From: an uncultured cyanobacterium
GTDB taxonomy: Bacteria; Cyanobacteriota; Cyanobacteriia; Cyanobacteriales; CAWUOF01
Assembly: GCA_963744145.1 (NCBI GenBank)
Contig: CAVUSO010000001.1
Coordinates: forward strand, 5,952,001 to 6,016,000
DNA: 64,000 nt
Direction of reading: 5' to 3'
The translations under genes and the position numbers were made by a program. The notes beneath the pieces were generated by a model. That model was given only the letters and a program-made list of their open reading frames with translations. It was not told the DNA's origin and searched no databases. Positions 44,032 through 55,151 of this stretch are shown here, piece after piece (the first letter of the stretch is position 1; each line of letters opens with the position of its first letter).

Positions 44032-45462
44032 TCAAACTGTATCCATTGCCTCAAACTCAAACTTGATTTCTTTCCAGAGTTCGCAAGCAACAGCCAATTC
44101 TGGAGACCAACGTGCCGCTTCACGGATCACGTCGTTACCTTCACGGGCTAAGTTCCGACCTTCATTACGTGCTTGGACACAAGCTTCCAAAGCGACGCGG
44201 TTAGCAGTTGCTCCAGGAGCATTACCCCAGGGGTGTCCCAAAGTACCACCACCGAATTGGAGTACGGAATCATCACCAAAGATTTCGACCAGCGCGGGCA
44301 TATGCCAGATATGGATACCACCAGAAGCTACAGCCATCACACCAGGCATAGAAGCCCAATCTTGAGTAAAGTAGATCCCGCGAGATTTGTCTTGTTCAAC
44401 ATAGTTTTCCCGCAACAGATCCACGAATCCCATGGTAATGCCGCGTTCACCTTCAAGTTTACCTACGACTGTACCAGTGTGGATGTGGTCACCACCGGAC
44501 ATCCGTAAGCATTTGGCTAATACCCGGAAGTGAATTCCGTGGTTTTTCTGACGATCGATTACAGCGTGCATCGCACGGTGAATGTGCAATAGTAAACCAT
44601 TGTCACGACACCAGCGAGCTAAGGTTGTGTTAGCGGTGAAACCAGCGGTCAGATAGTCGTGCATGATGATGGGCATTTTTAGTTCTTTAGCGAACTCAGC
44701 CCGTTTCAGCATTTCTTCGCAGGTAGGAGCGGTAACGTTGAGGTAGTGACCTTTGATTTCTCCAGTTTCTGCTTGCGATTTAGCGATCGCATCAGCTACG
44801 AATAAAAAGCGATCGCGCCACCGTTGGAATGGTGCCGAGTTAATATTTTCGTCATCTTTGGTGAAGTCTAAACCACCGCGCAGACATTCATATACAGCGC
44901 GACCATAGTTCTTTGCAGATAGACCCAATTTGGGTTTAATGGTGCAACCGAGGAGAGGGCGACCATATTTATTTAATTTGTCGCGTTCAACTTGGATACC
45001 GTGAGGAGGTCCTTGGAATGTCTTTAAATAAGCAATGGGAATCCGCAAGTCTTCTAGACGCAAAGCCCGTAGTGCTTTAAATCCAAACACGTTACCGACG
45101 ATCGAGGTCAACATGTTGGTAACAGAGCCTTCTTCAAATAGATCTAAAGGATAGGCAACATAGCAAATATACTGATTATCTTCACCAGCAACTGGCTCGA
45201 TATCATAGCAACGGCCTTTATAACGATCTAGATCAGTCAGGAGGTCAGTCCATACAGTTGTCCAAGTCCCGGTGGAAGATTCAGCAGCTACAGCAGCACC
45301 TGCTTCTTCTGGTGGAACTCCGGGCTGAGGGGTGACACGGAAAGCAGCCAGAATATCTGTATCTTTGGGTGTGTAATCTGGAGTGTAATAAGTTAGCCTA
45401 TAATCTTTTACCCCGGCTTGATACCCAGTTTTGCTCTGAGTTTTAGTTTGAGCGTATGACAT
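44032..45462 (-). CDS. rbcL: RuBisCO large subunit, form IB
   Basis: GLDFTKDDE, full-length conservation. Confidence 0.99.
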   Translation of the reverse strand: MSYAQTKTQSKTGYQAGVKDYRLTYYTPDYTPKDTDILAAFRVTPQPGVPPEEAGAAVAAESSTGTWTTVWTDLLTDLDRYKGRCYDIEPVAGEDNQYICYVAYPLDLFEEGSVTNMLTSIVGNVFGFKALRALRLEDLRIPIAYLKTFQGPPHGIQVERDKLNKYGRPLLGCTIKPKLGLSAKNYGRAVYECLRGGLDFTKDDENINSAPFQRWRDRFLFVADAIAKSQAETGEIKGHYLNVTAPTCEEMLKRAEFAKELKMPIIMHDYLTAGFTANTTLARWCRDNGLLLHIHRAMHAVIDRQKNHGIHFRVLAKCLRMSGGDHIHTGTVVGKLEGERGITMGFVDLLRENYVEQDKSRGIYFTQDWASMPGVMAVASGGIHIWHMPALVEIFGDDSVLQFGGGTLGHPWGNAPGATANRVALEACVQARNEGRNLAREGNDVIREAARWSPELAVACELWKEIKFEFEAMDTV

Positions 45463-45856
45463 ATTTTCCTTCCTGAGGAGTTACTGCGATTGTCCCAGTT
45501 TTAGGGACAATTTCAAATATAACAGGAAAGCGATAATTTATATTTCAAATATACTATAGGTAAATATAACTAATTTTTATCAATCGGTATTTTGGTGATT
45601 TAGGTCACAGAAAGGGGCTAAAAACAACGAAAAACTGATATTCTCTAGCTAGGGATCAGAAAAGTAGACGTAAGAGCAACCGCAAATTATGGGAAAAAAG
45701 ATGTCACAAAAACAATATAATTGCAGGTTACGTTTTCGTAACAAACCATTATTTATTAATGAACAGCTTTTTTCTAACTACCAAAAAGTTCCAGTGTCAA
45801 GTTAAAATCTAAAAGCTATGGCCGTTTTACTCTAAACATATTAATTTGTAACGATT

Positions 45857-47635
45857 GTGCCTCAATCTACTGTGAGTGCCATTCACTGTATTAATCCAGA
45901 TTGTCCCTCTCCGATTTTGACAGATTGGGGCAATAATTTTTGTCAAAATTGTGGGGCACCCTTGCGGTTGAATAATCGCTATGTACCCTTACAACGTTTA
46001 GGTTCGGGAGGTTTTGCTGTCACCTATACGGTCTATGATATGCACAGCAAAATTGAGCGAGTGCTGAAGGTATTGGTCGAAAGTAGTCCCAAAGTCCTCG
46101 AACTCTTTGAGCAAGAAGCTCGGGTTTTAGCGAGTTTAAGACATCCAGGAATACCTAAAGTCGAAGCAGATAATTATTTTCAGATTTCCATTGGTTATCC
46201 ACCTCGACGAGTTCTCCCTTGTCTAGTGATGGAAAAAATTAATGGTCCCACTTTACAAGATATTCTTAGTCAATATCCCCAAGGATGTCCAGAATCTGAT
46301 GTGATTGACTGGTTAAAACAAGCTGTAGAGATATTACGTCAGTTACATACTTGTCACATTATTCATCGTGATCTTAAACCGGCAAATTTTATGCTGCGGA
46401 TGTCCCCTCGTTCTTATCAAGGTCCACAATGGGGTCAATTAGTCGCGATCGATTTTGGTGGAGTGAAACAGCTTGGTTCCCTGAAACCTCAAACAGATGT
46501 TAGTTCAACTCGGTTATTCTCTCCGGGTTATAGTCCACCGGAACAATTTGCGGGTGGTACAATTACTCCTGGAGCAGATTTTTATGCTTTGGGTCGGACA
46601 TTTATTCATTTGTTAACAGGTCGTTATCCGGTTGACTTAGAAAATCCACGCACAGGAGAGTTAGAATGGCGATCGCTAGTCAAAGTTACCCCAGCTTTGG
46701 CTGATTTACTCGATGAAATGGTCCAAGCTAATCTTAGCAAAAGACCGACTAATGCTGCTGAAGTTCAAAATCGTCTTGCCCGAATTTCTCGGAATTTAAT
46801 TAGAGCTAAAAAAAATCGTCTTTTCCCCAGCATTAAAATCCAGCAATCCTTGACAAATTGGTTGGGTTTATTGTTATATGCGATCGCAACTATCATCAAA
46901 TCAATCTTTTCTATAGTAATTTCTATTTATAAATTTATCTTCGGTATTATTTTTTCCTGTACTGATACTTTATGGGGGACAATTTTAGGTGGTATAGGTG
47001 CTGGTGGAGGAAGTTTAATTGGACTTGGTGTCTTTCAATTTTGCCGGGAATTTTTAAATAATTCTGAGTATGAATCAGATTTATTAAAATTAAATTCTTT
47101 GAGCTGTAAAATTAATTTTATATTTAATATTTGGCTTCCCCATCACCAAATCTCTTTTGGACCAGAAATATTTTTGTTTGGATTTGCTGGATTAGGGACA
47201 GCTTACGGTTTAACACTTTCTGGAAGTTTTCGTCAACAGCGAGAATTTTGGCTATCCGGATTTATGGGTAGCATTGGCTATTTATTTGGCATATTAATTT
47301 TATTTTTACAAATAGCTGATTTACCGACCAAATATTTAACATTTACATCCTTCGCGATCGGTTCTTTAACCCTAGGATTAGGTTTACCTAGTCATAATTT
47401 TATCCATGCTGTTTTTGCTACCATAATTACCACCATAATTTTATTAGGTTTAAGCCAAGGAATCGGGTTGAATCTCGATTGGTGGGTCATCTCCTGTCCA
47501 CTGGATGGACTTGATTCACCCCAAATTTTAACCGCTATGACTTTTTTGATTGTCTTAGGTAGCAGTATTGGTCTTAGTCTTGGGATTAGTTCTTATATTT
47601 TTATCCCTTTCCTGAGTTTTTTAGGTTTCCGTTAA
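45857..47635 (+). CDS. Ser/Thr protein kinase with 4-Cys prefix and multi-TM C-terminus
   Basis: CINPDC..CQNCG, GSGGFA, HRDLKPAN, DFG, YSPPE. Confidence 0.92.
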   Translation: MPQSTVSAIHCINPDCPSPILTDWGNNFCQNCGAPLRLNNRYVPLQRLGSGGFAVTYTVYDMHSKIERVLKVLVESSPKVLELFEQEARVLASLRHPGIPKVEADNYFQISIGYPPRRVLPCLVMEKINGPTLQDILSQYPQGCPESDVIDWLKQAVEILRQLHTCHIIHRDLKPANFMLRMSPRSYQGPQWGQLVAIDFGGVKQLGSLKPQTDVSSTRLFSPGYSPPEQFAGGTITPGADFYALGRTFIHLLTGRYPVDLENPRTGELEWRSLVKVTPALADLLDEMVQANLSKRPTNAAEVQNRLARISRNLIRAKKNRLFPSIKIQQSLTNWLGLLLYAIATIIKSIFSIVISIYKFIFGIIFSCTDTLWGTILGGIGAGGGSLIGLGVFQFCREFLNNSEYESDLLKLNSLSCKINFIFNIWLPHHQISFGPEIFLFGFAGLGTAYGLTLSGSFRQQREFWLSGFMGSIGYLFGILILFLQIADLPTKYLTFTSFAIGSLTLGLGLPSHNFIHAVFATIITTIILLGLSQGIGLNLDWWVISCPLDGLDSPQILTAMTFLIVLGSSIGLSLGISSYIFIPFLSFLGFR

Positions 47636-47717
47636 ATTTGGTCTACTGGAAAATTTAAGCGATCGCCAAAAAATAATAAGTTAAGCCATAATAAGAATAA
47701 ATTCTAAATCTGTCACA

Positions 47718-48737
47718 ATGCGAACCATACTATTATACTTAAGCTTATTTGGGATCATATTTTCCCCATCTTTGGGACTAGCTCAGTCACTTCCTACTTC
47801 CCAAACCCCCAAATATGGACATGATGCTCCACCTCAAAACAGTCCTCTACCCCAGGAAAGCGTCCCAGAAGTAAATGATTATCGGATTACAGCTTTACAG
47901 AAAGATTTTTTAGGAAATCTTTGGGTAGGTTCTTGGCAAGGATTAGCGCAAATTAACCCAAATACTGGTAACATCATCAAAAGAATTACCCTTCCTAATA
48001 CTACGATCGGAGCATTAACCCAAGATAAATCTGGGAGAATTTGGGTAGGAACTTTTGAGGGTTTATTACGAGTTGATCCCCGAGTTAATAAGGTGACAGC
48101 CCAAAATATTAACTTACCTTCAGAACGGATTTTGTCACTTTTAATTGATCAACGTGGTTATTTGTGGGTAGGGGGAGATCGGGGGTTAGCTTTAGTTAGT
48201 CCAGATCAAGGTTTAACGATGACTACGGTCAAAAAATTACCTGGTGTCAGTGCTAATGCTCTCACATTAGATCGTAATGGTTCTGTTTGGGTTGGTACTC
48301 TAACTGGATTAGTCAAGATTAATAGTAGTAATGCTCTAATTCTGGATCAGGTTACTAACTTATCTGGGGTGACAGTCCAAGCTTTAGTAACAAGTCCTAA
48401 AGGTACAATTTGGGTGGGAACAACTAACAGTTTGCTAGAAATTGATCCTAATTCCGGCAATGTTTTACAATCAGTAGATGAATTAGCAGGTAGTAATATT
48501 AAATCGCTCCGTTTTGATAGTGCTGATAGTCTTTGGGTAGGTACAGATAATGGTTTATTTCGGTTTTTCCCCAGTGTGAAAAAAGTAGTTGGTCAAATTC
48601 CTAATCTTCCTTCTAGTCGGGTTTTATCTTTATCTCCAGATACAGGTAATAAATTATGGGTAGGAACAACAGAAGGACTTGCTTGGGTAAGTATGACAAC
48701 TTGGAAAGCTAAGTCACTTGTACCTTTTGCTCGTTGA
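47718..48737 (+). CDS. Secreted beta-propeller protein (two-component regulator propeller repeats)
   Basis: Signal peptide; seven D..G.LWVGT..GL repeats. Confidence 0.85.
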   Translation: MRTILLYLSLFGIIFSPSLGLAQSLPTSQTPKYGHDAPPQNSPLPQESVPEVNDYRITALQKDFLGNLWVGSWQGLAQINPNTGNIIKRITLPNTTIGALTQDKSGRIWVGTFEGLLRVDPRVNKVTAQNINLPSERILSLLIDQRGYLWVGGDRGLALVSPDQGLTMTTVKKLPGVSANALTLDRNGSVWVGTLTGLVKINSSNALILDQVTNLSGVTVQALVTSPKGTIWVGTTNSLLEIDPNSGNVLQSVDELAGSNIKSLRFDSADSLWVGTDNGLFRFFPSVKKVVGQIPNLPSSRVLSLSPDTGNKLWVGTTEGLAWVSMTTWKAKSLVPFAR

Positions 48738-48796
48738 TCAGCATCGATCGGTTAAAATACAGCGTATTTGTGAATAACTAAGTTTTTGTTAAATTT

Positions 48797-49423
48797 ATGA
48801 AAATTGCAATCATTTCTGATATTCATGGAAATTGGTCTGGGTTGAGTACGGTGTTAGATGATATTAAATTACGTCAAATCGAGCAAATTATTTGTTTAGG
48901 TGATGTAGTTGATGGGGGAGATGAAAATGATACAGTTGTGGATTGGTTGAAAGCAAATAATATCTCTACTGTCCAAGGAAATCACGATCAGAGTTATGAT
49001 TGTCGTCTGTCACCAGAGAATAGAGATTGGTTAAGTCATCTTCCTCGAATAATTGTGAAAAATGATGTTTGCTTTACTCATATTTCTCCAAGAGTTAAGC
49101 AAACAAAAGTTACTAATAATATCGAAGCTTGGAATATATTTGATGAGACTGATTACCGATTATGTTTTATTGGACATATTCATTTTCCAGCTCTATTTGG
49201 AGCTGAAAATGAAGAATTTGGAGAATCCCGTTCCTACGAAGTTGATCAAGGTTATTACCATCTAAATTCAGCCGATCGCTATATCATTTCCTTTGGAGCG
49301 ATCGGCTATCCTCGTGGAGGTGGAAAATTTATTCGCTACGGGATTTTTGATTCTAATCAGAACAGTGTCGAATTTATTAAATTACAGGGAACACTTTTGC
49401 CTTATGGCTTATGTTCTTATTGA
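48797..49423 (+). CDS. Calcineurin-like metallophosphoesterase
   Basis: SDIHGN, LGDVV, GNHD, GHIH. Confidence 0.9.
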   Translation: MKIAIISDIHGNWSGLSTVLDDIKLRQIEQIICLGDVVDGGDENDTVVDWLKANNISTVQGNHDQSYDCRLSPENRDWLSHLPRIIVKNDVCFTHISPRVKQTKVTNNIEAWNIFDETDYRLCFIGHIHFPALFGAENEEFGESRSYEVDQGYYHLNSADRYIISFGAIGYPRGGGKFIRYGIFDSNQNSVEFIKLQGTLLPYGLCSY

Positions 49424-49442
49424 AAATATTAATTCTGGTAAA

Positions 49443-50603
49443 TTAGTATTCTTGCTCCCAATGATCAGAAAACCCATACTCTTCCAGCTTGCTATTGCGT
49501 CGAATATCACAAGTTGCACAGTGGAAAGAGCCACCAAAGCTATAAAAGTGTCGGAAATCAACCGGAATAACCTGAAATCCTAACTTTTGCAAAAGCTTCT
49601 GAGTTGCTTCTTCCTGTCTTTCGACAATAATCCGTTCTGGATCTAAACTGAGAATATTCATGCTCACCCACTTACTCGCGATCGGAAGGTGCCAATAGTC
49701 TGGAGTAGCTGGAGGTGCTGTCTCAATCAAATCCCAACCAGCTTTCTTAAACAGTTCACTATGTTCAGGAGGACGGATCGGATTAATCAAAGCTAATCCC
49801 GGTTTAAGTGGTACTAAGGAAGCGTCTATGTGCATCGGGTTGAAATCTTTGAACTTGATGATATGTACTCGGTACTGTTTACCTAAGTGCTGTCTCAACC
49901 AGGTGATCCCCATCATATTAGTGACATGACTACGCTGGACAAAAATATCACGCCCAAAACGGACCAGATCAGCCGCATCAAAACAGGGTTCAAACTCAGT
50001 AGTTACATACTTACCTTTGCTCACTAATAATTCTTGCTCTTCTGGAGACATGGCGGCAAACTCAAAATCGTAGAGTTCGTCAGACATCAAAGGTTTCGGT
50101 GCAGTTGTCCATCTAGCTCCTGTTAAAAGATACTCCTTCATTAAAGAACGGTAAGCTCGGTATTCAAAAAATCGCGATCGCCATGCCATTGGTGCTTCAA
50201 TAATTTCATTTCCAATCACAATTAACAGATCGCGGGGCATAGCTGCGTACATTCCTGTAGCAGCAAAATCTGGAGTTTGATAAGTTTGAGAAAAGTCGAT
50301 TAGAGCTGGTCGTCGAACCGTAACTCCTTCTTCTGCTAAGATATGGCAAAACTCATCTAATTCCCGTGACGCTGCTTTTACCAGTTCTTCAGGAAAAGGA
50401 CGCCCACCTTGCTTTTGAAAAAACTCCCAGTATTTAGAAGGGGCATCTACCTTAACATTGGCTTCAAAATGAGGTATAGTAGCGCCTTCAACGTGACCAA
50501 CAATTACTTCTTGGAGAGTATCCCATTCGTTATAACTGTTGACGATCGGCAGTTTCTGGGTGAAACCTGTTACTTTAATTTCGGCAGAATAATTTGTTGG
50601 CAA
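49443..50603 (-). CDS. Amidinotransferase, glycine amidinotransferase (AGAT)-like; start uncertain
   Basis: NSYNEWD.L, MPRD, APMAWRSRFFEY, FDAAD, NPMHID, GGSFHC (Asp-His-Cys triad). Confidence 0.92.
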   Translation of the reverse strand: MPTNYSAEIKVTGFTQKLPIVNSYNEWDTLQEVIVGHVEGATIPHFEANVKVDAPSKYWEFFQKQGGRPFPEELVKAASRELDEFCHILAEEGVTVRRPALIDFSQTYQTPDFAATGMYAAMPRDLLIVIGNEIIEAPMAWRSRFFEYRAYRSLMKEYLLTGARWTTAPKPLMSDELYDFEFAAMSPEEQELLVSKGKYVTTEFEPCFDAADLVRFGRDIFVQRSHVTNMMGITWLRQHLGKQYRVHIIKFKDFNPMHIDASLVPLKPGLALINPIRPPEHSELFKKAGWDLIETAPPATPDYWHLPIASKWVSMNILSLDPERIIVERQEEATQKLLQKLGFQVIPVDFRHFYSFGGSFHCATCDIRRNSKLEEYGFSDHWEQEY

Positions 50604-51019
50604 ATTAATATTCCCGACAAATCCATTATTAGTAGTTATACAATACTCCGGACACTTTGCTGAGAGAAAATGGTTTATAGGTATAATTGACCAACCAATG
50701 ATTTTTGGCTAATAGTCAAAAATCAGACTTGAGCCACTGAGATCACCAAAAAAATATCGATCGTGAGAGAATAAACCCATGTAAATTCGACCCGACCGAT
50801 AATCATGAATTTTCTAGAAAACATCTTAACTCGACTCGCCGGGATTAGTAAAGCCCAAACCAAATTTTTCTGTAGGGCAAACTTCGACTACGCGAGCAGG
50901 TAAACGAGCGGGTAAACTCAGGGTAATCGTTTCAGCAATTATTTACTTGCCGAAACGCTCCCATCTCCTACATTTAACTGAACTGTATTGATCTATATTA
51001 TCTATAAAACTATCTTTGT

Positions 51020-52390
51020 CTAATTAGGGTTTACTCCTGATGCGCTATCAACAGCCATTGTTCTCCGCTCAATCATTTCTAATAACAAGTATCTGCTTAG
51101 ATATGATTTAATCTTAGGTTGGATAACCAGCTCTAGAAAACTTGATAATGATATTGTGATCATAATCCAAATTAATAAACCTAGTAAAAAACTCAAACCT
51201 GTTCCCTGCCAAGGCAAGTATTTATTCATTAGGATCGCGATCGGCATATGTAATAGATAGAAAGCATAAGAGATCCGACCCATAAAAGTCATTTTTTTTA
51301 AGCTGTTAACTGATGTATCATATTTAACCAATATAATTGCAAGTATAGTGGCCAAAGATGCTACTACCAATTGTGGACTTTGAAAAACATATCCCTTCCA
51401 AATTATCCAAACCAGGTAAAAGATAGGCAGCAAGAAACAGAGTAAACGCCAATAAATAAAACCATAAAAATAGCGACCTGTGATTTCACAGATTATTAAT
51501 ATACAGATTGGTAGAATTGTGAGGTCAGCCAGACTGACCATACCAGAAAAAACTGGATAGTTTAAAATCAATTTACATGTGAAAAAATGATTGGTAGCAT
51601 GAAATAATAAAATATAGCTAATCAGAGGAAAAAAGGATTTTTTCTGACTAGAAGGTGGTACTTTCCATGATAATAATAATCCACTCAACCAAAAAATCCA
51701 TCCGGACGCATAACTAGAAATAAATTGTGGAAATGACGGCAGAAACCAGCCAATAACACTGATGAGAAGAGTACCTAAAAATAAATCTAAGATTTTAGGT
51801 CGCAACCACCAGACTAAAATAAAGACAAAGTAATATAGAATTTCGTAATTTAAACTCCATACAGCTACATTACTTGCTAAAGGAGGTAGGGAAAAAGAAA
51901 AGTATTTATCAAAATTTTGTAAGAAAAATAAATTTCCTAAAACTAGGTTTAATTTTTCATTCGGTTTAGCTAATACTGCCAAACAAATAGCAATGAAATA
52001 AATTGGTAAAATTCTCATGGCACGGCGTAATATATAATTATGAACCTGCTGAATTGAGAACTCTTTTGTGGTCGTTAAGCCAATGACATAGCCGGAGAGA
52101 ACAAAGAATAGTAAAACCGCACTATGTGCTGCTGGTAAGTAGCCAAAATAAATATTGGGATGGTAGGTAGGGTCTAAAAAATTTTTGAGAAATAAAACAT
52201 GAAATAATGCCACTGATAATGCAGCAAGTCCTCTAATACCCTCTAAGTTAAAGTCATAGCTTGAATTTTTTTCTAAGGAGCAATCACTTCTATTATTAGG
52301 TTCTATTTTTGCATTAATTTTCAGATTTTGCAACCAAGTTTTAAACGTTTTCATGAATTGAGCCAGGATTGAGAACAATGTATTTATCAA
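51020..52390 (-). CDS. Acyltransferase-3 family membrane protein
   Basis: LEGIRGLAA, FFVLSG, RRAMRI.P, WSL.YE..YY, SYAFYL.H. Confidence 0.9.
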   Translation of the reverse strand: MINTLFSILAQFMKTFKTWLQNLKINAKIEPNNRSDCSLEKNSSYDFNLEGIRGLAALSVALFHVLFLKNFLDPTYHPNIYFGYLPAAHSAVLLFFVLSGYVIGLTTTKEFSIQQVHNYILRRAMRILPIYFIAICLAVLAKPNEKLNLVLGNLFFLQNFDKYFSFSLPPLASNVAVWSLNYEILYYFVFILVWWLRPKILDLFLGTLLISVIGWFLPSFPQFISSYASGWIFWLSGLLLSWKVPPSSQKKSFFPLISYILLFHATNHFFTCKLILNYPVFSGMVSLADLTILPICILIICEITGRYFYGFIYWRLLCFLLPIFYLVWIIWKGYVFQSPQLVVASLATILAIILVKYDTSVNSLKKMTFMGRISYAFYLLHMPIAILMNKYLPWQGTGLSFLLGLLIWIMITISLSSFLELVIQPKIKSYLSRYLLLEMIERRTMAVDSASGVNPN

Positions 52391-52579
52391 TGGGGCGATC
52401 GCCTAAGATTCAGCAAAAACTATAACAGCATCAAGTACCAAGGCATAAACTGCAACATTGCGAGGATAATCAAGGTGTGATATGATGTCAAGGGCTGAGT
52501 CCTAATTCATCAAATCTAGTCTCAGCTTTTTTTTCGGCTTTGTCTAGTCTGTGAAACTAATTTTAAATAAGGAGGTAGG

Positions 52580-53497
52580 ATGAATAACCTAAATATAGAA
52601 AATATTTATGCCTCGCGCGTCAATTCAAAATTTACCATTATCGATCGCCAAGAGCCAATTATCTACAGCAATAATCTACCACCTGCATCGTTAAAGCCGG
52701 AACAAGTCCAGTTCTACTCTGACAACGGATTCCTTTTGATGGAAGGTTTTTTTAGTTCTCAAGAGGTAGAGATTTTCCGTCGAGAAGTGGAGCAACTAGC
52801 TACTTGTGAGGAAATCAAAAAGGCAGGAATAAGATTTACTGAAGGTGAAAGCGATATCCTGCGGTCTATCTATTGGATCCACGAACTTAGTCACCTATTC
52901 AAGCAGTTATCCCTAGATAAACGTATCCTTGATATTGTCTACTATTTTCTCAATGATCGGGTGTATATTCATCAGTCACGTATCAATTTCAAGCCAGCTT
53001 TTTCAGGTGGAAATTTCTACTGGCATTCGGATTTTGAAACCTGGCATGTCGAGGATGGAATGCCAAAAATGCGTGCAGTGAGTGCGATGATTACACTGAC
53101 CGAAAATACAGAACTTAATGCTCCATTAATGGTAATTCCCGGTTCTCACAAAAAGTACATCAGCTGTGTGGGAGCCACACCAGCAGAATACTATAAAGAG
53201 TCGTTGAAGTCGATGAAACGAGAAGATTATGGTGTTCCCGACCAAGCTAGTATCACACAACTGGCTGAAGAAAATGGTATTGTAGCCATAAAAGCAGCCG
53301 CAGGTTCCCTCATCTTTTTCGATTGCAACATTCTACATGGGTCAAATAACAACATCTCCCCCTATCCGCGTACTAATCTTTTCTTTATCTATAATAGTCT
53401 GGAGAACGCGTTGCAAAAACCATTTGGGGGACTCAAACCAAGACCTGAATTTCTCGCCACAAGAGAAAACATTAAACCTCTAAATAATTTAACTTGA
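52580..53497 (+). CDS. Fe(II)/2-oxoglutarate dioxygenase with full ectoine hydroxylase (EctD) signature
   Basis: FYWHSDFETWHVEDGMP, FDCN.LHGS..N.SP.PR; AGGAGG RBS; no ectABC in window. Confidence 0.88.
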   Translation: MNNLNIENIYASRVNSKFTIIDRQEPIIYSNNLPPASLKPEQVQFYSDNGFLLMEGFFSSQEVEIFRREVEQLATCEEIKKAGIRFTEGESDILRSIYWIHELSHLFKQLSLDKRILDIVYYFLNDRVYIHQSRINFKPAFSGGNFYWHSDFETWHVEDGMPKMRAVSAMITLTENTELNAPLMVIPGSHKKYISCVGATPAEYYKESLKSMKREDYGVPDQASITQLAEENGIVAIKAAAGSLIFFDCNILHGSNNNISPYPRTNLFFIYNSLENALQKPFGGLKPRPEFLATRENIKPLNNLT

Positions 53498-53800
53498 TGA
53501 TATCCTTGGAGCCATAACAATTTACTTGTCAAAATCTCGCATAATGGTTAAGCTTTGATCCATTGTATAAGCTAACCAAAACTTAACCATTAAGCTAGTA
53601 TTCAAAAAACTTCGGTGACGCGAATGTTCAATTTGACAGATATTTTTGTAGGGGCGTATTGCTATACGCTCATACTTGATCGTTTACTGATTCAATCAAT
53701 GCTCTTTTTCTGAGAGGTTTGAGGATAAATCTGTCAAAACCAACTTGATCAGCATGGAAAAAAGCCACAATTAATTTTTTATTAAAAAAGGAGGGTAATT

Positions 53801-54820
53801 GTGATCTTAGCTCAAGCAGAAACTGTGGGAATTTCCGCAATTGGTTACTATATTCCTGAAAAAAGAATGACTTGTGAAGATATTGCCAAGTTAGCCAATA
53901 TACCTGTTTCTATGATAATCGAAGAGGTGGGGGTAGAAAAAAAACCAATTGCTGCTGAAAATGAGCATCCCAGTGATATGGGGGTCAAAGCAGCACAGGA
54001 TGCGATCAAAAAAGCGGGAATTAAACCAGAAGAAATCGATCTAATTGCCTATTGTGGTGCAGGAGACTATGATTATAGACATTGGTCACCCTCTGCTAAA
54101 ATTCAGAATGAAATTGGTGCCAAAAATGCTGTCCATGCTTTTGAAATCAGAAATGGTTGCCAAAGTGGGATATTAGGTATTTATATTTGTCAGAATCTAT
54201 TACTAGCAGATCCTGAAATAAATTGCGCTCTAGTCATTTGTAGTGATAAATTTTCCCATAACATGATTGATTATTCTGATCTAGAATTTTTAGATCAGTT
54301 TCGCTGTGCTGATGGGGCTATAGCAGTTATCCTAAAAAAAGGAGAAGGAAATAATAGAATTCTTGGTTACTCTGCGATCGTTCAGGGAGAATATGCTGAT
54401 GGACAGTGTATCCAGTTAGGAGGAACTAAGTTTAATTGGAAAGATTACAACAACAAAAGTGGTTACCTAAAACAACTGGTCAAAACAGATGAAATAAAAA
54501 CTGGGATAATTTTTTTACTAAATTACATTAAGGTAATTCAAAAAGTTCTTGAGAAAAGTAAATATACAAAAGCAGATATTGATTGGTTATTTACTAATCA
54601 AATTTCTGTCAATTTATCTCAGCAAATAATAAGTGCGATGGGATTAAAGATTGAACAAACAATGTTGTCTATGAGAGAATACGGTCATTTAGGAGCAGGA
54701 GATCCCTTGTTTGGCTTGGTAAAAATGATCGAGGTTAATCAAATAAAACCAGGAAATTTGGTGGTATTAGCTAGTAGTGGTAATAGAGTATCCTGGGGAG
54801 CAATGACAATTAAATTTTAA
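53801..54820 (+). CDS. KAS III-fold enzyme, probable ACP-dependent acyltransferase
   Basis: Catalytic Cys NGCQSG; TNQIS replaces HQAN; YGHLGAGD replaces YGNTS. Confidence 0.8.
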   Translation: MILAQAETVGISAIGYYIPEKRMTCEDIAKLANIPVSMIIEEVGVEKKPIAAENEHPSDMGVKAAQDAIKKAGIKPEEIDLIAYCGAGDYDYRHWSPSAKIQNEIGAKNAVHAFEIRNGCQSGILGIYICQNLLLADPEINCALVICSDKFSHNMIDYSDLEFLDQFRCADGAIAVILKKGEGNNRILGYSAIVQGEYADGQCIQLGGTKFNWKDYNNKSGYLKQLVKTDEIKTGIIFLLNYIKVIQKVLEKSKYTKADIDWLFTNQISVNLSQQIISAMGLKIEQTMLSMREYGHLGAGDPLFGLVKMIEVNQIKPGNLVVLASSGNRVSWGAMTIKF

Positions 54821-54857
54821 TTTTTGACTTGTAATAGATTGATTCTAGAGGAACAAT

Positions 54858-55106
54858 ATGACAGAAATAAAAGCCCAAATTCGCCAAATAGTGATTGAAA
54901 TACTGCCCCAAGTTAAAGATGCAGAAAATCTAGATGAACTAGATATTTTTAGTCAAGGATTAACTTCGATCAATGCGATGAGCTTGGTGGTAAAATTGCA
55001 AAATTTATTTGGGATTCAATTTGATGCCAATGAAATTAATATAGAAGACTTTAAAACTATAGTCAATATGGTAAATTTGGTTGAGCAAAAACAAAAGATT
55101 AGGTAA
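54858..55106 (+). CDS. Acyl carrier protein
   Basis: 82 aa, acidic, DIFSQGLTSI phosphopantetheine Ser, FGIQF. Confidence 0.88.
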   Translation: MTEIKAQIRQIVIEILPQVKDAENLDELDIFSQGLTSINAMSLVVKLQNLFGIQFDANEINIEDFKTIVNMVNLVEQKQKIR

Positions 55107-55151
55107 TTACAAATAAATCGAGGAAAAAAATTAGATATTGGGGAAATTATT

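Noticed and set aside
45727..45742. Inverted repeat GTTACG-N4-CGTAAC between rbcL and the kinase
   Set aside because: Does not fit NtcA GTA-N8-TAC and is too short to assign
50805..50870. Short frame MNFLENILTRLAGISKAQTKFF, possibly a transposase N-terminal relic
   Set aside because: Too short to support a family call
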